From Klebsormidium nitens (taxonomy: Eukaryota; Plantae; Klebsormidiophyceae): DNA of 64,000 nt. The notes beneath the pieces were generated by a model. That model was not told the DNA's origin. It did no database searches and was given only the letters and a program-made list of their open reading frames with translations. Position numbers and translations under genes: made by a program. The number at the start of each line of letters is the position of its first letter. The stretch's first letter is position 1. This document shows positions 1 through 17,355 of the stretch, piece by piece. The stretch is taken from NCBI GenBank assembly GCA_000708835.1, contig DF236951.1:248101-312100 (forward strand). Direction: 5' to 3'.

Positions 1-168
1 AATGTCGTGCGTTGTCGAACACCACTTGATGGGTCCGGTGCCACATTGTTTGAGCTTATCTGGAGGTTCTGCGATTGGAACCCCAGACAAGACAGAAAGT
101 TGTTGAAAAGATTGTTGTCAGTCAATCTTCTTCGTTTTATAAAAACAAGTAATTTCTCCGTCCCGCAG

Positions 169-1290
169 GTGGAGGACTACAGGGCTCGGTTACAGCACAC
201 CGAGCAGCCCCGGGACTTCTTGGTAGAAGCGCTCCACAAGTGCGAAAAAGACCTCCGGGCGGCCAACCGGGAGAAGGACTGCCGACAGGTGGATCTCGAG
301 TGAGTGCCATCGTCCCCCCCCATTAGCGGGTCGCTTTCCCTTTATGAATTTAAGGTTCACCGATCCGTGAAGCGTGTCTTCTGCACACTAGGCAATGCAC
401 CGTAGAGCGACCGCAATCTGGGTCGAAGCTGAATCAAAAGGACCGACGCACGAGCCTTCGACGCACAGAAGCAGGCACTGAAAAAGTGAGCCGACACGTT
501 TTCTCCTCTTTCCGGTTTCGTCAGTCCAATCCGCAAATCCGCAAATTAAGAGGATACTGCAACGCCCATCGAACTCAACTAGCGGTTCCGTTCGATTCCG
601 CAGGCGAGCGCGGGCGGAATCCGCCGACCTCCGCGCCAAGCTGGGCGCGCTCCAGGCGGACCTCCGCAGGATCCTGGAGGAGCGGAACGCGCTCGAGGGG
701 TTTAAGCACCTTCTGCGCGAGCAACAGGGCACGGCGCAGCTTAGGGAGAGGCTCATTGCTGACCTCAGCAGGGCAAACTGGGGGAAAGGAAGGAAGGACG
801 ACGGAGCGGGGCGGACTGCAAACAGCACCAAACAGCTGGTGTACGAAGGGGAAGGGAAGGTGGGAACACAGGGTTGAGAGTTTGGTTTGTGCTTCGCTAA
901 CGTGACCTCCAGGAAATTGTCGCGCTTTATCTGATTATCAATTCAGAAATGGAGGGATGCTAATTCTCATATTGAGGCTGCTGATAGCTAAGATTCCCTG
1001 GCTCATGATGTAAGGAAGTATTATCCAAGTAGTATGATCAGCGAGATTGTTGAGGGTTCATATGAAGCATCCTTTAATAAACCGCGGGTTCGGTTCACAC
1101 TTGCCTCCTTGGACCTGTTGTTTTTCTGAAAAACAAGCTTCGCTGCGGAAGGCCTGCGTTGTTCGCACTGCACTTAGTTCCTCTACATCTGAAGGCTACT
1201 CTGAATTCGCAGGCCAGAGACGTTGACGGCGTAAAGGTTGACCTAGCTGGCTGGTTCAAGCGAGTTGCTTCTAGACCGGCAGCTGCATAA
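169..1290 (+). CDS. PIBF1: PIBF1/CEP90-like centriolar coiled-coil protein, 3' part (5' end lies upstream of the window)
   Basis: Exons 169-299, 604-859 and 1213-1290 have GT-AG borders and consistent phases. They give ...HTEQPRDFLVEALHKCEKDLRAANREKD...ERARAESADLRAKLGALQADLRRILEERNALEGFKHLLREQ...ARDVDGVKVDLAGWFKRVASRPAAA*. This resembles the PIBF1 C-terminus as I recall it (QPYxYLIE...LxxDLxxLLxxRxxL). Read-through of the 860 donor would instead stop at 875-877. Confidence 0.65.
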
Positions 1291-2653
1291 CCAGGACTGT
1301 TACCGCGTAGAAAGCTTCTTATCGACCCACCAGTGTCTGAGCGACGTCAAGTTAAGTACCGTAGTCAGGTGTTCTTCAAATAGTGCAGATCAACAAGGTT
1401 CTATAGTAGCCACTAAATATTGCTCCAGAAGGAGGGATTGTTTCATGCCCGCCTCAATGAGCGAGTAACATCAAGAGCACGCCAGAGTAAGCAGGCTGTA
1501 GGTCAATGTGATTAGTTGATTGCACTCTAACCCCAATGAGCGGATGACAGAAACTGTCAAGAGTTTTACGAAGGGCTAAAGGCATTGTGACAGTATTCTG
1601 CCAAGCGTTATCCACTTTTCTCCTGTTATAGCGGGTGGATAAAATGTCCATTGTTTCCTCGACGCACATACTGAAGTAGGCTTTGCAAGCCTGCTTCCTC
1701 AGACTGGTAGCCACTGTGAGCATGCACCTTAGGTCTGCCGCCAAGTGTAAGCGCTCTGGTTTGATACTGCCTCGCCCTGATTGATGGCCTCTCTTCTTTG
1801 GCACCTCCAACTGATTGACCATAGCATGTGTAGCCATAGCTCACACACATGATTGACAAGCGTCTTGAGAGATCGGGACCTGGCAGGCCAGCTGGCTGCA
1901 TGCTCGCATAGTACACAGTCGTATTCCCATCGTGTTTAATACACGTTGTACTCTGCATTCAAGTAAGTATTTCAGGGGATCCACAAAGGGCGACCTCGCT
2001 GCACGTGAGCATGATTGTTCAGGAATTTGACAATCTCATGCACATCAATGCAGTCCACTCCTGCAACCCTCTTGCAAAGGAGTCGAGCAAAGATTCTAAG
2101 GAGAGTCTAACGAAGCTCCAGTCACGTCCTGCCTAACAGGAGGCGTGTTAAATTGAAACTTTCCATTCTCTGCAAAGTAATTGCGCTTGAATATCCTGTC
2201 CGCTCAAGCTGACTTACACCTTAAGTTTCCTGCTGCTCGAGTACCGTGCCGAGTTCAGGGCGGTGGGACCCGTCTTCAAGCACCTTCCAGATCTTAGATC
2301 GAAGCGGTTCTAGCTCATTAGTAACATTTGCAGCGTCTATTGCAAACCACCAGCCTTATTTGTGCTCGAAGGTCACGGTCGAACCTGGATAGGCCACACC
2401 TTTTTGTCTCGCTTTCTTGTGCAGCGCTGATTAACCTTATCATACAATTTACGCCTCATGCCAGCTGTGACCGGGAAAGAATATACAAGGGTCCCCGACG
2501 TGCGCTAGCAACGGAATCGCGCGCTTGGATCAGCGGAAGCCGTTAGCAACTTTGGCAACGATTACTCTCTGCTGACTCTCAATAATAAGTAGCGTCTACG
2601 TACTACCTTCACACCACCTGTAATATATTTCAACGCGCATTGCTGATTCTAAA

Positions 2654-5511
2654 TCAGGGGTCCTTTGGCGTGCGAGGAGTCGCGGCCGGTGACCCTGCTT
2701 CCGGGTCTGGTTGAGGCTTGCGTTCCTCATACGCTATGGCCGCCAGCCCACCCGGCAGCCAGACGGTTATGGCTCGGAGAGCCCTTGCCAGCGGACTTTT
2801 CAGCACGGTCGGGTCCTCTGGAGGGCCGTCAACAGCAGGGACGTCGACGGGCGTGATCGACGCTCCGCTGCTCTCGGAAAGCAATCGGTTTCTGCGTTGT
2901 TTCCGAAGACTGGATTAGTGATGACAGGGAGGGGTTGCTTGCGTATCTTTCAACCCTTGAACAATGAAGGGAGTAATCTTTCAGCACCAAATCTGTTTTG
3001 CACCAGGGAAACAATGCGCCGGGAACGGTAACAAAGCATCTCGCTTGAAGGAGCAATGAATTTTCGGGAGAAACCGCCCTACAGTCTGCGGTACACTTCT
3101 GGATATAACTGGGCAGACTGGTGCTAATGAAGAGCAAGAGACAAACCGGAGTCGGGACCGTTTGAACGTGAGGGAGGGCTTCCTACCTCCTGTGGCGCCT
3201 TATAAGTATACACATGGCCAGCCCGAGTATCAACAAGCCCAATAGGCCCCCGAAAGAGAAGAGCCATGTTTCCACAATGCTGGTCGTGCTTGCAGAAGTG
3301 CACTGCATGCACAGAAGCACACGAGATTTCTGAGATCCGTCGTAGTTCTGTCCGTTCTGCAACCTGCCAAGCAAAGCTCCTTGGACAGAGTTCGGAAGCG
3401 GGCTGAAGCCGCAGGCCGTCAGGAACTCTGTGCGACCAGCCTCCGAGTTCGATCTGGAATCGCGAATTTTTGCGGTCGAAACTCGTTTCTCGAGTATCGG
3501 TTGGTTGGTGGTCCACGATCTTGAATTCTCGATCGCAACGGACCAAGGCTGCCTGTTGCAAAAGGTTGGAGATTTCATCAAACTCGAGCAGGAATAGTCA
3601 AGCTCACCCCTTGTGTCTTGAGACAGTTGTTTGTAGGAGAGTTGCCGAAGGTCCAAGCAGTCGGCGGGGCCCTGACCCCCGGTGAACTTTGCGTGCCGCT
3701 CGTATCCGTGAGGGTCGCTTTCGAAGCTAATGAAATGACGTCAGCGAGAACGTACATTCTCTCCCCGGGTGACTGCGACGGCGTCTGGCCGATCCTGTCC
3801 GCAAGTGTTGACACCAGCGCTTGGATGTTACGGTAAGAAGCCGACTGCGCCGTAGAGGAAGGACTCGATGGAGACGTGGGGGAAGAAACGCTGGGGTTCG
3901 ACCCCCCCGCCGCGAGAATCGCCGCAAGATTCGCAGGCATCCTCGGCTTTGGGGAGCTGAGGGCGGCGGCAGCAGCGGTGCAGACGACTCGGAGCTGCTC
4001 GGTGGCAACTAGGAGCGAGAGCGCGCACTGCTCGGGGAACTTCTCCCGGAGATAACCCGCGATCTGCAACGCCTGCTGGCTGTGGGCTGATCCCGCCATG
4101 GCGTTACATGCCCCGACCACGTCTCCCCACCCCACCAGGGCCTCCATTGCCCACCGAATAACCCAGGACCTCGTTTGGTCCGACGGTTCGACTTGGCCCG
4201 CATTTGAAGAACTCGACGAATCGGTAGAAGCGTATGAGGACCCGTTTGCTATTGCTCCTTGACTTGTTCCTTGATTCGTTTCTGTTTGAGAAGCGTTGTT
4301 TGTCCCCGCGTTTAGAGCTTGCGCCAATCCAATCCCATTTGAAACCATACTAGTGCTGTTACTGCTGCCAGGTGTCGTTCCGGATGCGGCAGCTGTTGGG
4401 TTGACTCCGCCAGCTGTCACCCCTCGACCAACTACAACACTGCCCACAAAATCGGTCCCCTGCTTGACTGGCCAAACGGACAGTCGTCCCCTAGCCAGTG
4501 TCTGGCTCACGTTAAGCGTACGGGTGGCTAGGAGAAACACTGGATCAGAACCACTTAGCCAGGGACTGCGTATGAGTTCCCAGAGTAGCGACTCATACAC
4601 GCATGCAGCCGCGCCGTGCTGGTTGTTGTTGTAAAGGGGGACCGCAGCTGACACAACATCTTGCACGGCAGCCGGTATGTCCTGCATCCAACAATGTGTG
4701 GTGTCAAGTGCCCGTAAGGGTTTGGGTTGAACTCAGCTGTTTGAAAATTCAGAAACGGGTATAAGGTACCTTCACCAGGTCTAGCGTATTTGTGCAACCT
4801 ACAGTCTTGGGGCACATGTGGGCCATTCCATATCTTTCTCGGGTTTACACAAAGAAGTCTTTGCTTCACGATTCAAAATCTTCGCAGCGCACACTCAAGA
4901 TCACGTGGCTCGCAGTCCCAGCCAAGCTCTGACGCTGAAACCTGGACTTTTGCCACCTGGATTAGCTCTCTCGAAAGAATTGACACAAACTGCATTTCAA
5001 ATAGATGGTCTTGGGCATCAGCATTGCATGACTGTGTTACGAATTCGTGCTCGTTCACAACAGAAGAGCTTATGCAAGTCGTTCTAAGAGCTCCCAAGCC
5101 AAGCGGCATGCCTCAGACCGTTGCGCTACACTCTCCACACACGCAAGCAACTGGAGGTTGTCCATTAATCCAAGAGAAAACTTCGAGCGCATAGTTGCTG
5201 TAAGACATTCAAAACAAAAATGCCACCAAGCAAGTGAAACTCGAGGTCATCACGTATTGATGACCCCGCTTCCATCGCAGCCTCAGTGAGGTGTTTTTCG
5301 AGCTCTCACAGCTCCTCACCTGTACCGAGCGGAGAATACTGATGGGTGCCAGCCCATTGCAGCTCACGTCCACATCTCCAGCAGCGAGGTTGGTGTCAAG
5401 CAGCTTTCGCCCTGACAGGCCGCTCCCCGCCTCGGCCCCATTGACGCTGAAGGTGATCAGAACGAGTGCAATGGCGAAGGGCGAGACGCGTACAAGGCCA
5501 TGAACAGGCAT
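2654..5511 (-). CDS. Uncharacterised type I membrane protein (~545 aa): signal peptide, ectodomain with Ser/Thr-rich linkers, single TM helix, short cytosolic tail
   Basis: Exons 5511-5320, 4681-3608, 3302-3187 and 2909-2654 are phase-consistent (1638 nt). N-terminus MPVHGLVRVSPFAIALVLITFSVNGAEA followed by GRKLL. TM segment WLFSFGGLLGLLILGLAMCILI is followed by basic RRHRSLRKQRR. Confidence 0.8.
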
Positions 5512-5833
5512 TGAGACAGCTGATCCCTTGTCACCGCTTAGCTGTTTTTCCTAGCTCTCGGAGGTCATCAAGCGGCAAAACGCCACTGCAAGAATCGAGT
5601 TGAAAGAGAGCTCCAATTAATTGAGCTGATGCCCTCCGTGCGTGGCAAATCTCGGGATGATGGGCGATTCTTCTCTTCTTTTCAATGATTTTGTTCGCAG
5701 ACTGAGAGCAAACCATTGGCCCGTGGGTATCTCAGTGGCCAATTTGTGATGTGACATCAGTAGGTAAGAGAAGAAGGGTAGATCCAGGAAGTAGCAGTCC
5801 AGCAGTCGGGTAGTCACGATCGGGACCAACAGG

Positions 5834-6792
5834 ATGAATGCCGGCCGGCGCAACTTTCAAAGCAGGCAGGAAGTACCTACCTACGCTAGGAAGGAGCATG
5901 CGGAGTGTGGAGTCACTGTCACCAAGAAGGGCGAAGAGGGATTTTTGGTCACAATGCATCAAAGTAGGTACCTACTTTAGCTGCTCAACCTTAGAAGTAA
6001 TAGGCTCAGGCTACAAAGTCAGTGGACACATACCGTATGTACCTATCTATTGAAATCGAATGGAGCAGAGCAAGTCGCGCGCGCGTCACTATTGGCATAT
6101 CATGTTCATCCAACGGTTTTCAACTCCTCTCGTTCCTGAAGCGCATGACTTGCAGCCTGAGTGAGCGATCGACGGCCCAAATTCGCTGCTGTCAACATCA
6201 AACCTCCGCTAAACCTGGGCGGCCGTGCAGCTGCATGCGGCGGCCGCGTATCGGTCGGCATGGTGCAGCGAATCCGTGACAGCTAGACGAGAACAGCTAG
6301 CACACAGCTTGGGCCATTATCATGCCCAAACGAAGTCAGCTTGATGGGGCAGCTAACAGGGCGCGGCTTGTCAGCAGCTGTGCCTTAAACGTTATCCAAC
6401 CCCGTCAGCGAAATGTTGACTGAGCCCTTACTTTCTAACAAGCTGTTATTGAACAAAAGTCTAACAAGAGTTCAAAGCGGAGTGTCTTTGAACAATATGA
6501 TGCTGCCAGGGTGAAGCTACATCATACGCAGAGGGCCGCTGAAAAGGCATGTGTCAGGTTGGAGAAGGTACGGGCGATAGCAGGTGAAGACCGCAGATCT
6601 CCTGCGCTACGCCAGGCATACAACGACTTTATGTATGCAATCAGTCAGTATGAGAAGGCCATAAAGGAGGCAGATGCTTGTCGGGACCGTATCAAAGGCT
6701 GGAGGGCAGTTTTGCTGACGGCTGGGGACATGCTACGCCTTAGGGTTGTGGACTTGGCCAACCCTGCAGAGAGTAGCATTGATGATCAATGA
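5834..6792 (+). CDS. Possible 2-exon orphan helical/coiled-coil protein (~159 aa)
   Basis: Exon 5834-5963 (donor A|gtaggt) joins exon 6443-6792 (acceptor ctaacaag|) in phase 1, extending the listed ORF 6511-6792: MNAGRRNFQSRQEV...TVIEQKSNKSSKRSVFEQYDAARVKLHHTQRAAEKAC...SSIDDQ*. No recognisable family. Confidence 0.4.
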
Positions 6793-7953
6793 TGTCGTCT
6801 GCACGTAGAGCTGACGCCATGCAATATTGCGGTATGTGTACTAGTAGGACAAACTCGTAATCGGCAGAGTCTGCATAAGCCTGTCATGCACAGCAGGAGC
6901 TTGCGCTTCATGAGGATCGCAAAGAATTGTCTGGCACAAAGAAAGGCTGTCAACTGTATATAGTCCTCAATGATCCACGAGTGGGTCAACTATTCTGTTG
7001 TCATACTAGGCTGAAGCATTATTAAAAAGCCTGGCAGGCAGTACTAGGAACTTGTTGCAACTTGATGAAACCCCCAAGGCAAAGCTATTCAGCAATATGG
7101 AAGCCTGTGGCCCATGTGGTTACGCCATCTTTAGTGAGAACATCGTTGCCATTATGTGCCATGTGGCGCATGCCTCAGCCGAACTCTCCGCGTTCAAAAG
7201 GCTGGGCAGGCTCGAGTATCATGCAATAACTATGCGACTATGACCGTTTAGCTTCACTGAGTGATCAAGCCCGGCAATATGAGCGGCAACATTATTCCAT
7301 CCAGCTTGATCATGATTCTCTTGCACTCAATGGCCCGTATACTAACATAAACTGACTGCGAGCTAATATATACTTCATGCACAACGTTGAACGCCTCAAG
7401 ATATGTTAGACTTGAGCATATCTTATGCAACGCGCTCGTCTCTGGCCGGTGGCAATTTTGTGCCCTTGAGTTTGACCGCCGCACGACAAGTTGATGAATC
7501 TCATCAGGACAGATCTGCAGGCATGATGGCGCGTGCTATAATATAGATGGCGGCTCAATACATCCCTTTATTATGCGCCGTGCACGTCGGAGCCCCTAGC
7601 AATTCATGCAGCAAATTCCTAGGAAGCACGTCAGACGGTCTCATAATGCTTCGATGCACCCAATGCGCAGATTTGGCAACCTTCTTATAGCATGTAAACT
7701 TGCATGGGTGGTCAGGTGCCAAGGAACCTGCTTTGAAGCAAGAACTAACTAACTCCTGACCCTCCACTCAACATGAACAGGCTTCAGTACTGCGTGTAGA
7801 AACGAGTGAGAACACGCTTGGAGACTGAGACGCCAAACTCAAGTGACAGGCGAATGCAACAAAGTTGCAGTGGGACTCATACTCGGAGACTATCCAGTGG
7901 TTGCACTTCGATCCAATCGAAGGAAACGCCAGATACGAATCCATCAGCTCTAC

Positions 7954-12519
<4,566 letters not shown>

Positions 12520-13595
12520 GGTGCTTTCAAATTCTCCTGGCTTTGTCCTGGCAGCAAACGCAAAGCTATTGTTGCAGAGCTCAATCCACTAAGCTGTTGC
12601 AAAACTGTACGCCAAAGCTCTTTGCTGCAGGAAGCTATTAAAGTAGCGCACCCTACAATTCTGGGCAGCTAAAACTTCAAAGCGCAGAGCGGTTACTGCA
12701 GGGAGATCCAAAATTCCAATCTTGAAACAATTGATGCTTTTCAGAACAGCTTCCATTCGTCTTTCAAATTCTTTTCCTTTATTTCTGACTTGTTCTGATT
12801 CTCTAAGTTGCCTTGGCAGAAAAACCCCTCTTATATGAGGTGGTCCGGAGAGCGCGTTTGGCTAATCTGAGCTAGCCGGTAGAGATTTGTGTTGCAGATT
12901 CTAGTCTCATCAATTTGAGTAAGTATGTACACCAAAAATGAATGTAGTGCTGGGCAGTTGCAGTTGTATCCTAAACGCGGGTTCGCTTTCTGCACTTTTA
13001 TGTTTTCAAAAATTCCAGGGAAAAAGATGCCAGCTTGAAGTTGCAGGGCATGCTTCCCTGCTGGGACCTGAGGTCAGATCACGCATCAGATTCATTTCCA
13101 ACAGCACAGTGACAAAGCATGTGAGCTCGGTTTCTGAGCGATCTTTCCACTTGTAGACATCTGAATCCGACTCTCAGACGTCTGTTGTTCCCCAGCTCTT
13201 GCAGTATCTCCATCGAGCATCGAGGTTTGGGATTCGCTTGCAGCTGTCATCAGTGTGAGGCTTCTGAGAGGTATCTTGTCATCCACGCTTCTGTACAGAG
13301 CCAGATCTGGGGATGCAAAGACCTAACTAGGTGGTTAGGTTATTGGCTCGGCAGAAGCACCAAATTGACTGGGAAAGTGGCCCGTCGGCATAAAGTAGTT
13401 ATGTGACGGACTATGCACGCATCAACCGAGCTTTTGTGCATGAAGTAAAGGAGGTTGCAGCCTGAGTGTTATGGAGAACATAAGGGTCCCATCTAAAAGC
13501 GTCACTCTTAAATGAGCGTGCCACAGTGTAGAGACACAGGTGGGAAGTGGTTGCAGTTGGATCCAGCCCTGCTGCTTGTGCGGTAGTTGTCTACT

Positions 13596-16148
13596 ATGTT
13601 CTCCCTTCTCTTTGGTCTGTGGAAGTACCTTTTTGCAAAAGCGGAGTACCATGTGCTGATTCTGGGGATAGACAAAGCGGGCAAGACGGTGAGGTCCGAC
13701 TCTTGGCATTACTTATAGGGTTCTGAGGAGCTCCATGTCAAGGCAGCAGCATTGGCATAAAACTATTGTAGGAGTCATGAGCTAAAAAGTTGTTCTGATG
13801 TAACATCGGTAGATGGCAGCAATCAGAGACGCCAAGCTCTCTGGAGCTTTTTAAGCAGCTTGAACGGGCAGAATATACGTTCAGATGTGATTGGGTCCAG
13901 TTTTACCCGTTGAGTCTATTGCGAGGGGCTCTTTTAAGTACTGGCCAGAGGTCTGGATTTCGCAGTTTCATCTGCTTGTGCACCCATTCGAGCCTTTTAG
14001 ATTGCCTCCGCTGAAATTTGTTTAATGGTTTCAGCTGCCTCAGAGGTCTGACCTGTTTGGTCCATCATAGTCTTGTGCAACTTTCTACTTTTAAACTCTG
14101 AAGCGGAGCTTGCCGAACTGAAATGTATGATCTGGCAAAAGGTTTACAAATCTACAAGCCTAGGAATTGACCTGACGAACGCTTTGTTTGGAGCGTGGGC
14201 AGGTCTGTTTAGCAACTGGCTGTTGAGCGAACAAGCCACTCTTGGATGCTCCTTCCCTTTGGGACGCTTCATTTAAATCTAGAGCTACTGTAGCGGTTCC
14301 AGGATCGGAGAAGCGAACTGCAACCACTAATATCTGAATTTCATGTCCTCGCTCGCACTCCTTTGCAATCCCCCTCCTATTGGCAAGTGCTAAGGTTTGT
14401 GGCATCTTATCAACATACTGCACTGGGTCGTCGGTTCCGCCAAATCTGAAGTTTTGTTTCCGCTATGGCAGACCCTTCTGGAGAAGGTGAAGGCCATATA
14501 CTCGGACCTAGAAGCGCTTCCCCCGGAAAGGATAGTGCCCACGGTGGGCTTGAACATAGGCCGGGTAGATGCGCACAAGTGCAAGCTCATTTTCTGGGAT
14601 CTAGGGGGCCAGGTGAGTTCGAGATTCCAAAATCTGTGCAAGCAGGATACTGTGTGGTTCAGCTAGCAGCTCTCGGTTCAATCAGACTTGTTTGATTGAA
14701 TCAGACTGTCCTTACATCCAGAACAGACTCGTCCGTCTGAATGTGACTTCCTTGTCTGTTGTTTGCTCTGCAATTCTCCGTTTGAAGATGAGGCTCTGTT
14801 GAAAAGAAGTTGCAGTAGGCTGATGGGAGCCAACACGTTCGACATGCAGTTGGGTCTACGGTCAATCTGGGAGAAGTACTACGAGGAGGCGCATGCCGTG
14901 TTGTATGTAGTAGACGCTGCCTGTCAAAGTCGATTCGAAGATGTTAAGAACGCCCTAGGTGAGCAGATGTCACACCTCCTACCTCTACTTTCGACAATAT
15001 CTTTGAGCATCTGAAAAGCTTTATGTTCCCCAAGGGCTTCCAGTTGGTCCAAAGAAGCTTTACATTGGTGGTTGGAAAACGTGCTCATTGAGCGTAAACA
15101 GATTGAAGGAGAACTTAGGCCCCTGATTCCTGAGGAGGATCCGATTCTGATTCCTGAGGAGAATCCGATTCTAGTTTCTGGAACGCATGCGGTTCTCTGT
15201 CATACTTGTCATTTGGAATGACTGGTTAGTACCTCGGATCTGTCGGTATCTTTGCTGGTACTGGAGTTGCTCACTTTAACGCGTCTTCTCCTGCAGCCCG
15301 GGTGATGCAGCATGTAGAGTTAGACGGAGCCCCAATATTGGTTCTGGCGAATAAGCAGGTGCGTGCTTGCTTCTTCAGTTCGATGACTAGTGCATCAGTT
15401 TGGCGATTCTTGCTTGCATTTGTCCTGCTTCACACAATAGTGTTGGACCACCGTTTGAGAGGTACTAAACTGAGTTGCATCTTATTAAATTTTGACTCGA
15501 AAGACATCAACGATCCCGTACTCTTTGGTCAAGAGAAGCCGATCTTACTTGAGCTTGAAAGTCAAAGTTTCGCTAGCTGCTGCCCTTGCTTTCTTGAAGC
15601 CTGAGGCGCTGTCTGCTGTCCGTTTCAGGATCTTCCGGGAGCCATATCCGCAGAGGACATGTCTCGGACGCTCGACATGATCGACGTCAATGACCGACCA
15701 TGTCTTGTAAAAGCTGCGTGTGCATACGACGGGTGAGAGTGCATTCCTTCTTGTTATAGCAAGCGAGACCTACTGCTTTTGGAAGGCACGAACATCGTTG
15801 GTGAGCACTGATTTGGGTGCACTGACTGTTTGCTTGTTCTTTCAAATATTGCCTCGTCAGCTTGACTGTGAGGAACAGAGAGACGCCAAACCAGTGCGAG
15901 TTCGAGATTCAGTCATCCTGTGGCCAGCCGCGTGTATGAAGCACTTGTCGACGAAAAGCATGCATCCTTTGCTTTTCGCTTGCAATGCAGTCTACGAGAT
16001 TTGCGCTTTCTCTTATTAAGAGCGCTTCTTTTTTCCCCTGTACAGGTCTGGGGTCAGGGACGGGGTCCTCTGGCTAGTGGAGGCGATGAAGAAGAGCCAG
16101 CGGTCGGAGAAGCTCAAACAACGAGCCGAGTCGGCGATCCAGTTCTGA
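13596..16148 (+). CDS. ARFRP1: ADP-ribosylation factor-related protein 1 (small GTPase), 203 aa
   Basis: Exons 13596-13688, 14472-14612, 14850-14958, 15297-15358, 15629-15732, 16046-16148 (612 nt). MFSLLFGLWKYLFAKAEYHVLILGIDKAGKT, IVPTVGLNIG, FWDLGGQ, LRSIWEKYYEEAH, VLANKQD. Confidence 0.96.
15123..15170. repeat. 24-bp tandem duplication in ARFRP1 intron 3
   Basis: ctgattcctgaggaggatccgatt followed directly by ctgattcctgaggagaatccgatt (1 mismatch). Confidence 0.9.
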
Positions 16149-17355
16149 TCCGACCCGATGATCAAGTCCCTCTCTTTGAAGAGCTCTGCTTGAAAGTTTG
16201 TACACTCAACGTCCACAGATCAATTGTCAGCAGGCGCAATAAGAAAGCGGGAATGGGCTTCGGTCATACCAGCCGCATGGAGCAAACGAGGAAAGCTGCC
16301 TGGGTCTCGAGGGTTCTTCTCCAACCCTTCTTCCATCAGTCTCGGTTACCAATCCAGGCGTTGCGTTCACGCTGCTTTGCCATCGTTGATGGAAGATACT
16401 ATGGAAAATCCCCCTTGAGATGAAGGTCGATCTGACTGCATCATGCGGTTGGATTTTACGCCTGCGGTTACCCTTTCAGTTTAACTGGTGACTAGTCATA
16501 GTTTCTGCAAGCATGCATGATATTGGCAACTGTTGAACGGCAGCCAGGGGTATGCGTGAAGATTCAACTCTGCAATTACACATGCACGCTTTACCGTCTC
16601 ATGACACGTGTATGTTGCTCATGCAAACCGACTGACTAATACGGCCCGTAGCTGTGGCAAGATGTAAAAGAAGCTAGGCGGCCGGGCGGCCCAATTCAAT
16701 CTATGATACGGCGGCTGGTGCATTTAGCACGAGTGTACGTATATATGCAGAAATGCATCCCCCATGCATGTGATGTGTTCGATCATTGTGCAATGATCGA
16801 TGCCCTTGACGTCATTGTGAGATACACTTTACCGCAAAATGCTGTATGCATACATGGGCACGCATCAGTGGCGCTATCCAAATCATAAACTTTTGCAGGC
16901 AGCCTGCAGTCTGTGTATACATGTATGGTAATCGCTTACTTTACATGGGCCGCCGCAAACCGCACTGTCATGCATGCTTTTATGAGTCAATGCACGAAAT
17001 GCATGAGCGTTATCACCACTTATTTAAACATGCTAATCAGCGCACGTCCTAACTCGTGCATATTTTGATGCCGTGCACTTCGTGAACATGTCCGTTTCAC
17101 ACAGCCTATGTATTTGTCACACAGATTCAATTCAACACCGATTCCATTCATAAGCTAAAATCTCCATTATATCAAAAGTCGCAAGCCTGTCACAACTATT
17201 TACACACAGCTTGCTGCTTGTCCCATCCTGGTTCGACTTCAGGAAGAACTGTAGACTCCCACTTACTGCTGGCCGGAAAGATTTCAATTTGGTTGTCAAC
17301 TCGTCCAATGGACAGGGTAAAATAACCCGCGACAAACAATGTGTTGGCCGTCCAA

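Noticed and set aside
1454-1837. 127-aa minus-strand ORF (MATHAMVNQLEV...)
   Set aside because: No recognisable motif and no convincing splice partners; it lies in the probable 3' UTR/spacer antisense to PIBF1. Not excluded as an orphan, but unsupported.
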